Shown: positions 1 to 9,549 of the stretch, one piece after another | Layout of the letters: each line of letters begins with the position of its first letter | Numbering within the stretch: the first letter of the stretch is position 1 | Source: an uncultured archaeon | GTDB taxonomy: Archaea; Aenigmatarchaeota; Aenigmatarchaeia; QMZP01 | DNA: 64,000 nt | Assembly (NCBI GenBank): GCA_964484305.1 | Contig: CAZAEI010000001.1 | Span: 26,936-90,935, forward strand | Direction of reading: 5' to 3' | The notes under the pieces: model-generated | The model's input: only the letters and a program-made list of their open reading frames with translations | The model's database searches: none | What the model was told of the DNA's origin: nothing | Position numbers and translations under genes: made by a program

Positions 1-91
1 TCAACTATATTTCCGGTGGGATAAGACCATCTTTTGGCCAGAACCGAACCATTTGCCATATATATTTAAACCACGGGGAGAATGCCTTTTC

Positions 92-922
92 ATGGTCAGC
101 ACAAGGGTATTTTTGAGCGTTGTGGTGGTCTTTGCCGTGGTCACGGTGGGGCTGCTTGCAGGGCTGAATGAGCAGAGGAGCATGATATTCCTCAACCCGT
201 CTCCGGGTGCCAGGATATCGACAGCCTTCTCAGAGGGTTCAGCCATGTTCGGGGGAGTGCTCGCTGCTGAGCAGGTCGCTGACAACACCCTGTTCGTAAG
301 CGGCAGCGCGACTGCCAGCGACAACCCTGACCAGGTCACCATCATGTTCTCGGTTGAGACAGATGATACCAGCGCAAGGGTATCCCAGCAGGAAAACGCA
401 GGGATTACATCCGATGTGCGGGCTGCGCTGATTGCACAGGGCATCGACCCTGAGGATATCGAGACGACCGGTTACAGCCTCTCCCAGATAAGGGAGTATG
501 AACCCGAATCGAGGAAATATGTCGATAAGGGCTTCAGGACCACCCACTCCATGCAGGTTGAGATAAGCGATATCGACAGGGCCGGGGACATAATAGACGC
601 CGTCGTGCTGGCGGGGGCCAACAGGATAAACGGCGTGTACTTCGGTCTATCTGAAAGCAGGATGGAAGGGCTCCGGATGGCCGCGCTGAAGGCTGCCTCA
701 GAGAACGCAAGGGAAAGGGCCGATGCGATTGCTGACGGCCTGGACATCACGATAATCAGGGTAATGAGCGTATCCGAGGGATATAGCTACAGCCCGTCAG
801 TTAGGGCATTCGCAATGGAAGATTCGGCAGTGGGTGAGGGGTCACCGGCCCCCAGCACAGAGATTACCCCGGGCATGGTGCAGGTCTCCTCGAATGTCAA
901 TGTTGTGTTTGAGATTGCTTAA
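92..922 (+). CDS. SIMPL/DUF541-family secreted protein (YggE-like)
   Basis: The ORF-track entry 53..922 starts at a TTG; the first in-frame ATG is at 92, just downstream of a TATA-like atatttaaa at 59-70. The N-terminus is hydrophobic, the body is acidic, and the C-terminus (...VQVSSNVNVVFEIA) matches the conserved end of SIMPL/DUF541 proteins. Confidence 0.7.
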   Translation: MVSTRVFLSVVVVFAVVTVGLLAGLNEQRSMIFLNPSPGARISTAFSEGSAMFGGVLAAEQVADNTLFVSGSATASDNPDQVTIMFSVETDDTSARVSQQENAGITSDVRAALIAQGIDPEDIETTGYSLSQIREYEPESRKYVDKGFRTTHSMQVEISDIDRAGDIIDAVVLAGANRINGVYFGLSESRMEGLRMAALKAASENARERADAIADGLDITIIRVMSVSEGYSYSPSVRAFAMEDSAVGEGSPAPSTEITPGMVQVSSNVNVVFEIA

Positions 923-1022
923 TGCCCAAGCGGGCCTTTAATACATTTCCCCTTTTTTCCCGGCCCACCTTTCTGGATTAAGAATACCATGGCCCCGCAC
1001 GGGCCATCCCACTCCCCGGAGC

Positions 1023-1961
1023 CTATTCCTCAAACAGGTCTATGTCCCCGGGGGAGATTATCGGCTTCTTGAACAGCCTGGCATCCTCCCTTATCCTGGG
1101 GCAGGCCGTGTTGACCAGGGCCTCCACCTTTAGGCCCATGAGCTTGCTTGGGGTGAGCTGGTCTGCCACGAGAATCCAGGCCCTCCTGCCCAGGGCCTCC
1201 AGCTTCTCCCTGGCCTGCTCGGCCTGTTTGGGATGGGCCTGCCCCGGCTTGGTCGAGACCAGGATGGCAAAGCTCCTGGCCTCCGAGGCCTTGGCAATCT
1301 GGGCGTAGCGAATCCTCTGGAGGCTCCTCTTCTCCTGGGCCAGGTCAATCAGTCCCGTGCCCTCAAGGTCCAGGAAGAGGACGGGCTTCTCCACCTCCAG
1401 GGAGAGACCCAGGGGATGGAAGGTCCCTGTTCCCAGGAAGAGGAAGCAGTCCACAGAGGGCTCGATGGATTTTGCTGCGGAGTAGTCGCACCCCAGTATC
1501 TGGCCGGGGTATCTCGCCCTGGTGGGTGCCCCGAGCAAAACCTTCTTGCCATGCCTCTTCAGGAATCCGCTGGCCAGGGCAAGGCCCGGGAGGTACTGCA
1601 CGGTCGTTACAAGGCCAATCCTCCTGAAGGGCTTGAGGTCCGGCAGGCATACCCTCAGGAGCGGGACAGGGTCGAAGTCAATCCTGTACTCCTCATATAT
1701 GACCGGCAGGCAGGCCTTGAGGCCGTAGTCGCTGTGGCCCACGTGGAGCAGGGCGTCGCACCCCAGAAGCCTGGCCTCCCTGTCCCTGATATCGCAGGCC
1801 CCGAAGCAGGGCTCTATGGATATGAAGGTCCTGATACCTGCCTTCTCCAGCTTACTGGCGAAGTCCAGGGCCCTGGTCTTGAGGCCCTCGGGGACCTGGA
1901 TAAAGACACTCTTGGCTCTGAGCCTCTTCAGTTTCGGAAGAATCTTCTGAAGTTCGAGCAT
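1023..1961 (-). CDS. dph2: diphthamide biosynthesis enzyme Dph2 (2-(3-amino-3-carboxypropyl)histidine synthase)
   Basis: 312 aa with an ATG start at 1961. Conserved Cys-containing blocks (EPCFGACD, LGCDYSAAKS) and a size typical of archaeal Dph2. Confidence 0.8.
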   Translation of the reverse strand: MLELQKILPKLKRLRAKSVFIQVPEGLKTRALDFASKLEKAGIRTFISIEPCFGACDIRDREARLLGCDALLHVGHSDYGLKACLPVIYEEYRIDFDPVPLLRVCLPDLKPFRRIGLVTTVQYLPGLALASGFLKRHGKKVLLGAPTRARYPGQILGCDYSAAKSIEPSVDCFLFLGTGTFHPLGLSLEVEKPVLFLDLEGTGLIDLAQEKRSLQRIRYAQIAKASEARSFAILVSTKPGQAHPKQAEQAREKLEALGRRAWILVADQLTPSKLMGLKVEALVNTACPRIREDARLFKKPIISPGDIDLFEE

Positions 1962-1995
1962 ATCACTCCCTCCGGCGCTGTCGCCCCGGTGCGCG

Positions 1996-3228
1996 CTATC
2001 GCCTGACTATCCTTACCCTCTTCACTGTCCTGGAGCTTGCGTCCTCTATTACCATCCTTGCCTGCTTGAATCTCACAACCTCGCCCCTCCTGGGTATCCT
2101 GCCTGTCTTCTTGAGTATAAGGCCTGCAAGGGTTTCGAAGCTCCCCTTCTTCAGGCCCAGGTCAATGTATTCCTCCAGGGCATCTATCGGAGCCCTGCCA
2201 TCCACCAGGAGCTCTTTGGGGTTCAGAACCTTTATGTACATACTGGGCTTCTTGCTCTTGTCAAATATGTCGCCCACAACCTCCTCGAGGACATCATCCA
2301 TGGTGACAAGACCCATGACGTGGCCGTACTCATCAACAACTATTGCCATGGAAATCCCCTTCTCCTCAAAGTCATTTAGCAGGCCCACAATCTCCTTTTT
2401 CTCTGGCACAAAGAACGGCTTCTTGGCTATGGTGGACACCCTCTTCCTGATCTTCCCGGCCTTGACCATGGAGAGTATCTCATCCACATCGACTATGCCG
2501 ATTATGTTGTCCTTGTCTCCGCGGTAGACCGGATACCTTGAGTAGGGGGTCTTTACGACAAAGTCCAGGACGCTCTCGATGCTCTTGTTGGCCTCAAGGG
2601 TGAGCATGTCACTCTCGGGTGTCATTACCTCGTTCACCCGGGTCTTCTCGAACTCTATCAGGCTCTCCATCATGCCTGCCACCTGCTTTCTTATTATACC
2701 CTGCTCAACCCCCATGGTTACAATGGTCTTGAGCTCGTCCTCGGTCAGGGCCTCGGTCCCCTTTGAGCCGAATCGCCTCATCATGAAGCCTGTCAGGGCC
2801 TCGAGTGAGCGGACTACGGGGAAGAGTATCTTGCCCAGTATCTCAATCGGCCTCGCCACCTTCAGGGAAATGCTCACTGCATTCTGGGCGGCATAGGATT
2901 TTGGGGTTATCTCCCCGAAGACCAGAATTAGCAGGGTCATTACCCCTGTGGCTATGCCTATCCCCAGGTCGCCGAACATCCCGTAGGTTATCGATGTCGC
3001 CAGCGCGGCAGCCCCTATGTTTACCAGGTTGTTTCCCACCAGTATGGTTATGAGTAGCCTCTCTGGCCTGTTCTTGAGCCTCTGGAGGGCCTCGGCCCCC
3101 TTCTTCTTCTGTTTTACCAGGGACCTGACCTTGATACTATTCACTGATATCAGGGCAGTCTCGACGCTTGAGAAAAAGGCCGATAATACAAGGAGGGCTA
3201 TGAGAATCAGGATTTGTACTTCCAGCAT
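1996..3228 (-). CDS. CNNM/HlyC/CorC-family transporter (DUF21 TM domain + CBS pair + CorC_HlyC)
   Basis: 410 aa. The N-terminus (MLEVQILILIALLVLSAFFSSVETALISV) matches DUF21, followed by a CBS-pair region and a C-terminal CorC/HlyC transporter-associated domain. Confidence 0.8.
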   Translation of the reverse strand: MLEVQILILIALLVLSAFFSSVETALISVNSIKVRSLVKQKKKGAEALQRLKNRPERLLITILVGNNLVNIGAAALATSITYGMFGDLGIGIATGVMTLLILVFGEITPKSYAAQNAVSISLKVARPIEILGKILFPVVRSLEALTGFMMRRFGSKGTEALTEDELKTIVTMGVEQGIIRKQVAGMMESLIEFEKTRVNEVMTPESDMLTLEANKSIESVLDFVVKTPYSRYPVYRGDKDNIIGIVDVDEILSMVKAGKIRKRVSTIAKKPFFVPEKKEIVGLLNDFEEKGISMAIVVDEYGHVMGLVTMDDVLEEVVGDIFDKSKKPSMYIKVLNPKELLVDGRAPIDALEEYIDLGLKKGSFETLAGLILKKTGRIPRRGEVVRFKQARMVIEDASSRTVKRVRIVRR

Positions 3229-3299
3229 GATATATTATTGTTCACCATGGATTATATTAATGTGAACAACTAGAAAATCTGCATTGTTTCACAACTACA

Positions 3300-3522
3300 C
3301 TGTCCCCTTTGGGGACAGGCAGTACCTGCCAAAGGCGTGACAGCTTTGCTGTCACTACCTGCCAGCGAAGCTGGCAGAGGCAGAGCACTATCGAATCAAC
3401 TTCAGGTGCAGACTATTAAGTTGATTCAGTATAATTTGGCAATCATCGTTGCCAAGAAGGTCCATATTTAAAGGTATGCCTGCAAACCCTGTAAAGGGGT
3501 GCTTGCCTCCTCTTTGAGGAGG
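3300..3522. promoter_or_regulatory. array of six short perfect hairpins in the divergent hlyC-like/hmgA intergenic region
   Basis: Four hairpins with 7-8 bp perfect stems and 3-nt loops:
- 3300-3318 ctgtcccc/ttt/ggggacag
- 3337-3355 gtgacagc/ttt/gctgtcac
- 3359-3377 ctgccagc/gaa/gctggcag
- 3506-3522 cctcctc/ttt/gaggagg
Two further hairpins: 3393-3427 (9-bp stem gaatcaact/agttgattc, 17-nt loop) and 3436-3455 (ttggcaa/tcatcg/ttgccaa). A TATA-like atatttaaa sits at 3464-3472. Confidence 0.4.
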
Positions 3523-3533
3523 GATGTGATAGA

Positions 3534-4832
3534 GTGCCTGCCGTTGCATTGGCAATGGATGGTGAAAACATGGACAAGAGCTCAGAGCTTCCTGGTTTCC
3601 ACAAGCTCAGCCCAGGGGAGAGGCTGGATATTGTCAGGGACTTTGCCGACCTCGGGGAGGAGGACCTGCAGGCCCTGAAGAAGACCGGGAGGCTTGACCT
3701 TGACACAGCAGGCAGGATGATTGAGAACGTGATAGGGACCATGGAGATTCCCCTTGGCGTGGCCACCAATTTCAGGATAAACGGCAGGGATGTCCTCATC
3801 CCCATGGCCATCGAGGAGCCCTCTGTAGTGGCAGCCGCCTCCAACGCGGCAAAGCTTGCCAGGCCTGGCGGGGGCTTCGAGGCCAGCACAGACGAGCCTG
3901 TCATGATTGGCCAGATACAGCTTGTTGGTGTCCCTGACACCGGGGGGGCCAGCAAGGCCATCCTGGACAGGAAGGATGAGATTATCGAGCTCTGCAACAA
4001 GCAGGATGCCACCCTGGTGAGGTTCGGTGGGGGTGCCAGGGATGTCGAGGTGAGGGGCATTGAGACCGAGCAGGGCAGGATGCTTGTCGTCCATATCATG
4101 GTCGATGTGAGGGATGCCATGGGGGCCAATGCAATCAACACCATGGCTGAGAAGATAACCCCCCTCATTGAGGAGCTGTCAGGGGGTAGGGCAAAGCTCA
4201 GGATAATCTCCAACCTTGCGACAAGGAGGCTGGCCCGCGCAAGGGCGGTCTGGAAAAGGGATGTCATCGGCGAGGACACGGTCCAGGGAATCATGGAGGC
4301 CTATGCCTTTGCCTGTGCGGACCAGTACCGGTGCGCCACGCACAACAAGGGCATCATGAACGGCATCGATGCCGTGACCATAGCCACTGGAAACGATTTC
4401 AGGGCAGTGGAGGCAGGGGCGCACTCCTTCGCAGCATTTGAAAGGCCCTACACCTCCCTGACCCGGTACGAGAGGGATGGCGAGGGCAACCTCGTGGGAA
4501 GCATAGAGCTTCCCATCGCAGTGGGCACAGTGGGCGGGGCCACAAGGACCAACCCGGTCGCCAGGGTGGCCCTGAAGATTCTCGGGATAAAATCAGCCCA
4601 GGGGCTTGCCCAGGCAATGGCCTCGGTGGGCCTGGCCCAGAACCTTGCCGCCCTGAGGGCCCTTGCAACAGAGGGTATACAGATTGGTCACATGAAGCTG
4701 CATGCCAGGAACATAGCAGTGACCGCAGGGGCCACGGGAGAGGCCATAGACAGGGTCGCGGCCAGGATGGTCGAGGAGAGGGACATCTCTGTGGCAAGGG
4801 CTGAGCAGATTCTCAAGGAGCTGTCAGGGTAG
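3534..4832 (+). CDS. hmgA: 3-hydroxy-3-methylglutaryl-CoA reductase (class I, archaeal)
   Basis: HMG-CoA reductase catalytic-domain blocks are present (EIPLGVATNFRINGRDVLIPMA, DAMGANAINTMAE, GTVGGAT). The track start at 3534 is GTG; in-frame ATGs at 3555 and 3570 are alternative starts. Confidence 0.9.
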   Translation: MPAVALAMDGENMDKSSELPGFHKLSPGERLDIVRDFADLGEEDLQALKKTGRLDLDTAGRMIENVIGTMEIPLGVATNFRINGRDVLIPMAIEEPSVVAAASNAAKLARPGGGFEASTDEPVMIGQIQLVGVPDTGGASKAILDRKDEIIELCNKQDATLVRFGGGARDVEVRGIETEQGRMLVVHIMVDVRDAMGANAINTMAEKITPLIEELSGGRAKLRIISNLATRRLARARAVWKRDVIGEDTVQGIMEAYAFACADQYRCATHNKGIMNGIDAVTIATGNDFRAVEAGAHSFAAFERPYTSLTRYERDGEGNLVGSIELPIAVGTVGGATRTNPVARVALKILGIKSAQGLAQAMASVGLAQNLAALRALATEGIQIGHMKLHARNIAVTAGATGEAIDRVAARMVEERDISVARAEQILKELSG

Positions 4833-4933
4833 CCCGGACAGGTTTTTTATATTCCCAGTTACTATATATACTGAATCATATCAGCAACACGCCGGGGCTG
4901 ACCCGGCTGTTTCAATATAGTTCAGGTGTTTTC

Positions 4934-6295
4934 ATGCCAAGGGAGCCCGATTCCAGGAAGGTAGAGTCCATATTCAGGGCCTATGACATAAGGGGAATCT
5001 ATGGCAAAACCCTTACCGAGAAGGTCATGGAGGGAATCGGCCGGGCCTTCTCCGGCCTGATAGAGGGCAAGACAGTCATCCTGGCCAGGGACGGCAGGCT
5101 CTCTGGTGAGGGACTTGCCAGGGCCTTTGCAGAGGGGGTCACGTCCACGGGCAAGAACGTGACCGATATCGGAATGCTTCCCCTGGGCACGGGAATGTTC
5201 CATGCCTGGAGGCAGGGCATGACCTATGCCTATGTGACTGCCTCCCATCTCGGAAGCGAATGGAACGGAATCAAGTTCTTCAGGAGTCAGGGGATTGGCT
5301 TCATGGAGGAAGAGCTGGAGAGCCTCAGGAAGGCCTTTCTTGAGGGCAGGCCAGGGGAATCAGGGAGCGGGGAGCTGACCACTGTAAACAGCCGGGATGT
5401 GATAACGGGGTATATTGATTACCTGCTCTCGAAGATAAGGCCCGCCAGGAAGCTGAGGGTCGCCCTTGACACAGGAAACGGCGCGGCAGGCCTGGTCGCT
5501 CGGGAACTCTTCACCAGGGCCGGCTTCGATGTATATGTGGCCCTTGAGGAGGTTGACGGGAACTTCCCCGGCAGGCTACCTGACCCGGTATCAGACCCCC
5601 TCAGAACACTGAAGAGGAGATTGAAGGGCCGCGACCTGGGCATTGCCTATGACGGGGACGGGGACAGAATGGTAATCCTGGATGAGGGGGGTGGGAGGCT
5701 CACGCCCGAGCAGGTGTCCTATGTCATGCTCTCAGAGCTCCTCAGGGAGCAGTCCGGACCCATAGTAGTAAATGTCGAGTCAACCAGGACGATAGACATG
5801 GTTGCAGAGAGATTCAAAAGGCAGGTCCACAGGGTCAGGGTCGGTCACAATCATCTCGTGAAGGGGACACACGACAAAGGGGCATGCTTTGGCATGGAGC
5901 CCTCAGGCCACTACTCTGTCCCGTCGATATTCCCCTTTGACGACTCCCTGGCCATATCCTACTACTTTGCCTGCGCCCTGAGCAGGAGGCAAGAGAGGCT
6001 ATCGGAGCTTGCCGGGGAGATACCGAGCCTTCCCTTTGAGAGGATCAGCTTCGATGTCTCCGATGAGAGGAAGTTCGGGGTCATGGACAGCGTGCGCGAG
6101 GATTTAAGGAAGCGCTACCCCAACATGAACACCATGGACGGGGTCAGGGTGGACTTTGATAACGGCTGGGCCCTTGTGAGGCCCTCCAACACCCAGCCGC
6201 AGATAAGGCTCACGGTGGAGGCCAGGACAGGGGCGGACCTCGAGGCCCTGAAGGGGGAGTTCTCGGGCATAATTAAAAAATATATAAAGACATAG
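4934..6295 (+). CDS. phosphoglucosamine mutase / phosphomannomutase-phosphoglucomutase family protein
   Basis: 453 aa. The active-site serine loop TASHLGSEWNGIKF (TASHxP-like) and metal-binding DGDGDR block indicate an alpha-D-phosphohexomutase. Confidence 0.8.
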   Translation: MPREPDSRKVESIFRAYDIRGIYGKTLTEKVMEGIGRAFSGLIEGKTVILARDGRLSGEGLARAFAEGVTSTGKNVTDIGMLPLGTGMFHAWRQGMTYAYVTASHLGSEWNGIKFFRSQGIGFMEEELESLRKAFLEGRPGESGSGELTTVNSRDVITGYIDYLLSKIRPARKLRVALDTGNGAAGLVARELFTRAGFDVYVALEEVDGNFPGRLPDPVSDPLRTLKRRLKGRDLGIAYDGDGDRMVILDEGGGRLTPEQVSYVMLSELLREQSGPIVVNVESTRTIDMVAERFKRQVHRVRVGHNHLVKGTHDKGACFGMEPSGHYSVPSIFPFDDSLAISYYFACALSRRQERLSELAGEIPSLPFERISFDVSDERKFGVMDSVREDLRKRYPNMNTMDGVRVDFDNGWALVRPSNTQPQIRLTVEARTGADLEALKGEFSGIIKKYIKT

Positions 6296-6319
6296 GTTCA
6301 ACTTGTATAAGGCGATTTC

Positions 6320-6589
6320 ATGGAACTCACAGCAACTGAGAAGGACAAGGAAAAAATAAGGGTCGAGGTCAGGGGAGAGACCCACACCATGCTCAACCTC
6401 ATAAGGGAGAATGCCTGGAAGGCCGGGGCCAGGCAGGCATCCTATATCATCCAGCACCCCTACATATCCCAGCCCGAGATTATCATAAGGTCCAAGAAAC
6501 CGGCCAAGACCCTCCAGGACGCTTCACAGATAGCGATAGACGACAGCAGAGAGTTCTCAAGGGCATTCAAGAGGGCACTGAAGAAATGA
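6320..6589 (+). CDS. rpoL: DNA-directed RNA polymerase subunit L (Rpo11/RpoL)
   Basis: 89 aa. MELTATEKDKEKIRVEVRGETHTMLNLIRE...IQHPYISQPEIII matches the archaeal RpoL pattern (E.EDHTLGN...HP). Confidence 0.75.
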   Translation: MELTATEKDKEKIRVEVRGETHTMLNLIRENAWKAGARQASYIIQHPYISQPEIIIRSKKPAKTLQDASQIAIDDSREFSRAFKRALKK

Positions 6590-6643
6590 ATTTAAATAAG
6601 TTATTTAAACAAGTTTCTACCATAGAGTAACAACGGTGTTTGC

Positions 6644-9085
6644 ATGAAAAGGCTCAATCCCTTAGATGCTCTGAAGAGATACGCCCCCATTTTAATAGTC
6701 TTTGTTAAGAATGCTCTGAAGAGATACGCCCCCCTTATCATACTCCTTGTCATCTTTGCCTCTGCCCTCTGGCTGAGGTCATTTCCCGCAAGGTTCGGGG
6801 AGCTGCAGGCCCTTGACCCGTTCTTCTTCTACAGGATGGGCACGGAGGCCATGCAGAACAACTGGGAGCTCGGCATTGACGAGATGCGATACCACCCGAC
6901 CGGCGTGGATACTGCCCAGTATCACTACCTGCTGCCAATCTATCTGCCTGCCCTTGTCTACACCATCCTGAGCACGCTGGGCATGAACATGCACTACCTG
7001 AACTTTGCGATACTCTGGCCCGCAGTGCTCGGGGCCCTGGCAGTGGCGGTCGTTTACTTCCTTGGGAAGGAGATGTTCAGCAGCAGGAAGGCCGGCCTCT
7101 TTGCGGCATTCTTCCTGGCCACTGTCCCTGCCTTTATCACCAGGACCTCTGCAGGCTTCTTTGAGAAGGAGCCCATAGCCGGGGTATTCATCATAACCTC
7201 TGTGTACTTCTTTGTGAGGGCCTTCAGGAGGAGCTCCTGGCTCAGCGGAATCCTTGCAGGCATCTCGCTTGCAACCACAAGCCTTGCCTGGGGCGGCGTC
7301 CAGTACATCTACATGCTCTATGCAGGCTTCCTGGGACTGGTTTTCGTGGCCAACGGCCTGGTTGTGGTCCTGGACTACCTCTTCTCGGGTTTTGAAGGCT
7401 TCATGAAGACCCTGAACAGGTACATGGGCATCGACATGGTCAAGGCATACCTCCCCCTCATGCTCCTGGGGATATTCATACAGCAGCCCCTGTCCAGGCA
7501 TATAGCGCTGGATCACATCTCTGTAATTGCCTCACTTGCCATGCTCGGTATTCTCGTGGCCAGGTACGGAATCGAGAGGTTCAGCCTGGTAAGGAGGGAT
7601 TACATGCCCTATGTTGTTCCTGTAATCCTCGTGCTCCTGTTCTCCGGCTCCCTGATCGGTGCCATGTTCAGTGATTCCATGGCCAGCAAATTCTCTGCAG
7701 TGACAGGTCTCCTGACCTTCAGCAAGAGCGTGGTCGGCACCACAGTGGCTGAGAACGCCCCCGGGAACTGGGACAACATCGCATCCACAACAGGGACTGG
7801 TTTTGCCACTGCCCTGGTTCCCCAGCTAAGCTCTGTCTCTCCCTACCTTGCCCTCTGGATTTTCATGTTCCTGGGCATGGGCCTCCTCATCTACAGGTTC
7901 TACAGGACCCGTGACTGGATGATGCTCTTCCCTGTGATATGGCTGGCCTCTGGGATGTTCGGTGTGTTCTACTATGTCAGGCTGATATTCCTGGTCGGGC
8001 CGCCCGCTGCCCTTGCAGGCGGCTTCTTCATGGCCTGGGTCGTGGATAGGACCATGAGGCTCAAGCGGATGGAGAAGGTAAGGGAGGCCGGGAACCTCAG
8101 GGAGAGGATAAACATAATATCTGTCCTGCTCGTGGTCTTTGTCTCCCTTGTAGTGGTTGTGAACCTTGCCAGCGCCTATACATACTCACTGAATCTGGGG
8201 CCCTCGATATGCTTCCCCAGGTACAACAGCGACAACCCCTTTGATGTCCAGCCCTGCATCACCATAGACGAGAACGGGGAGGAGGTCCTTGCCCCGAACC
8301 AGCCCTGGTACGAGGCCTTCACCTTTCTGGCCAACGAGACCCCGGAGGGCTCGTCCATACTCTCCTGGTGGGATTTTGGCTACTGGTTCCAGGCCCGCGG
8401 GGAGAGACCCTCCATAGCAGACGGCGGCAACCTCGGCGGCGACTTCGGAAGGACCGACCGCGAGATAGCGAGGTGGTTCACGGATGATGCCGGGAACTGG
8501 GAGAACCACACCGAATGGCTCAGGGACGAGAGGGATACTGACTACATCCTCATGGACTACACCCTTCCGGGCAAGTACGGCGCAATCTCCAAGATATCCT
8601 CGGACGGGGAGCAGATAGTGGGCTTCCTCCAGTTCAGCCAGAAGGGTATCGAGCCCAAGGGTAATGAGAGCGTGTACATATTCAGCAACGGGCCCTATGA
8701 GATATGGCTCCCCCTGAGCCAGGACGGGAACCTTGCGGGCACACCCATGTTCCTGGTCCTCCAGAACGGCCAGTACTTCCAGAAGAGCTACATCAATGAT
8801 GTCTGCACGAGGTCCGGGATAATCAGGGCAGGTGACGAGAGCCCTGCCATACCGGGATGCGTCTCGATATCTGATCTGGGAATCTACTATGTCCCCCCGG
8901 AGGCCGAGCACACCATATTCACGGACCTCATGTTCATGGAGGGCACCGGCCTGCCCGTGGAGAAGGTCTTTGACAACCAGCTGGTCAAGATATACAAGGT
9001 AAGCCACGGGCCCGGGGCGGAAGGCGAAGGGTCAGGCGAAGAGATGTTTGATTTGGGGGACGCCTTTATCTCCGGGACGACCTAG
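6644..9085 (+). CDS. aglB: archaeal oligosaccharyltransferase AglB (STT3 family)
   Basis: 813 aa with a multi-TM N-terminal half. The WWDYG-type motif WWDFGYW is present, followed by a soluble C-terminal domain. ATG start at 6644. Confidence 0.85.
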   Translation: MKRLNPLDALKRYAPILIVFVKNALKRYAPLIILLVIFASALWLRSFPARFGELQALDPFFFYRMGTEAMQNNWELGIDEMRYHPTGVDTAQYHYLLPIYLPALVYTILSTLGMNMHYLNFAILWPAVLGALAVAVVYFLGKEMFSSRKAGLFAAFFLATVPAFITRTSAGFFEKEPIAGVFIITSVYFFVRAFRRSSWLSGILAGISLATTSLAWGGVQYIYMLYAGFLGLVFVANGLVVVLDYLFSGFEGFMKTLNRYMGIDMVKAYLPLMLLGIFIQQPLSRHIALDHISVIASLAMLGILVARYGIERFSLVRRDYMPYVVPVILVLLFSGSLIGAMFSDSMASKFSAVTGLLTFSKSVVGTTVAENAPGNWDNIASTTGTGFATALVPQLSSVSPYLALWIFMFLGMGLLIYRFYRTRDWMMLFPVIWLASGMFGVFYYVRLIFLVGPPAALAGGFFMAWVVDRTMRLKRMEKVREAGNLRERINIISVLLVVFVSLVVVVNLASAYTYSLNLGPSICFPRYNSDNPFDVQPCITIDENGEEVLAPNQPWYEAFTFLANETPEGSSILSWWDFGYWFQARGERPSIADGGNLGGDFGRTDREIARWFTDDAGNWENHTEWLRDERDTDYILMDYTLPGKYGAISKISSDGEQIVGFLQFSQKGIEPKGNESVYIFSNGPYEIWLPLSQDGNLAGTPMFLVLQNGQYFQKSYINDVCTRSGIIRAGDESPAIPGCVSISDLGIYYVPPEAEHTIFTDLMFMEGTGLPVEKVFDNQLVKIYKVSHGPGAEGEGSGEEMFDLGDAFISGTT

Positions 9086-9093
9086 GGCCTGCC

Positions 9094-9549
9094 CTACTGC
9101 TTGTTCCAGGTCTTGTATACAGAATACAGCACCAGCAGAATGACGATTATGCCCACGCCCGTGGCGAATTCCTCCATGGATATCCCGGGCACGTAGTCCT
9201 CCAGGAAGCCAATCCCGTAGTTGGTCAGGAAGAGCAGGAACAGGACAAGCACAATGGCTACGAGGACATAGTCCCTTTCCCCCTTCTCTCCTCCCTTGCC
9301 ACTGAAGAAGCTCAGGGCGAACCCCACAAAGAATATGGCTATGAAGGCCATGATGGCATAGGGGAGGATTCCCATTATGAACCCTGTGATGAATCCCGTG
9401 GTCATGGCCACCAGGGCAAAGCACAGGGAGATTATGAGCTTGACCTGGCTCCTCTTGAAGATGTCCGAGACCTCAAGTGCCCCGTACACCACGGCCAGGA
9501 CAAAGAGGAATGGTATCACAACACTAAGGAGGTCTGCCATGGGAATCAA
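9094..9549 (-). CDS. small integral membrane protein (4 predicted TM helices)
   Basis: 151 aa and hydrophobic. Its start overlaps the stop of the upstream minus-strand gene (an ATGA-type junction at 9546-9549). Confidence 0.4.
   Translation of the reverse strand: MIPMADLLSVVIPFLFVLAVVYGALEVSDIFKRSQVKLIISLCFALVAMTTGFITGFIMGILPYAIMAFIAIFFVGFALSFFSGKGGEKGERDYVLVAIVLVLFLLFLTNYGIGFLEDYVPGISMEEFATGVGIIVILLVLYSVYKTWNKQ

Noticed and set aside
1-444. Minus-strand ORF 1..444 (147 aa) and other long antisense ORFs such as 3443..4294, 6779..7516, 8186..9007, 22499..23356
   Set aside because: Each is antisense to a confidently recognised gene (SIMPL, hmgA, aglB, ppsA) and has a low-complexity, Ser/Pro/Arg-rich composition typical of GC-rich antisense frames.
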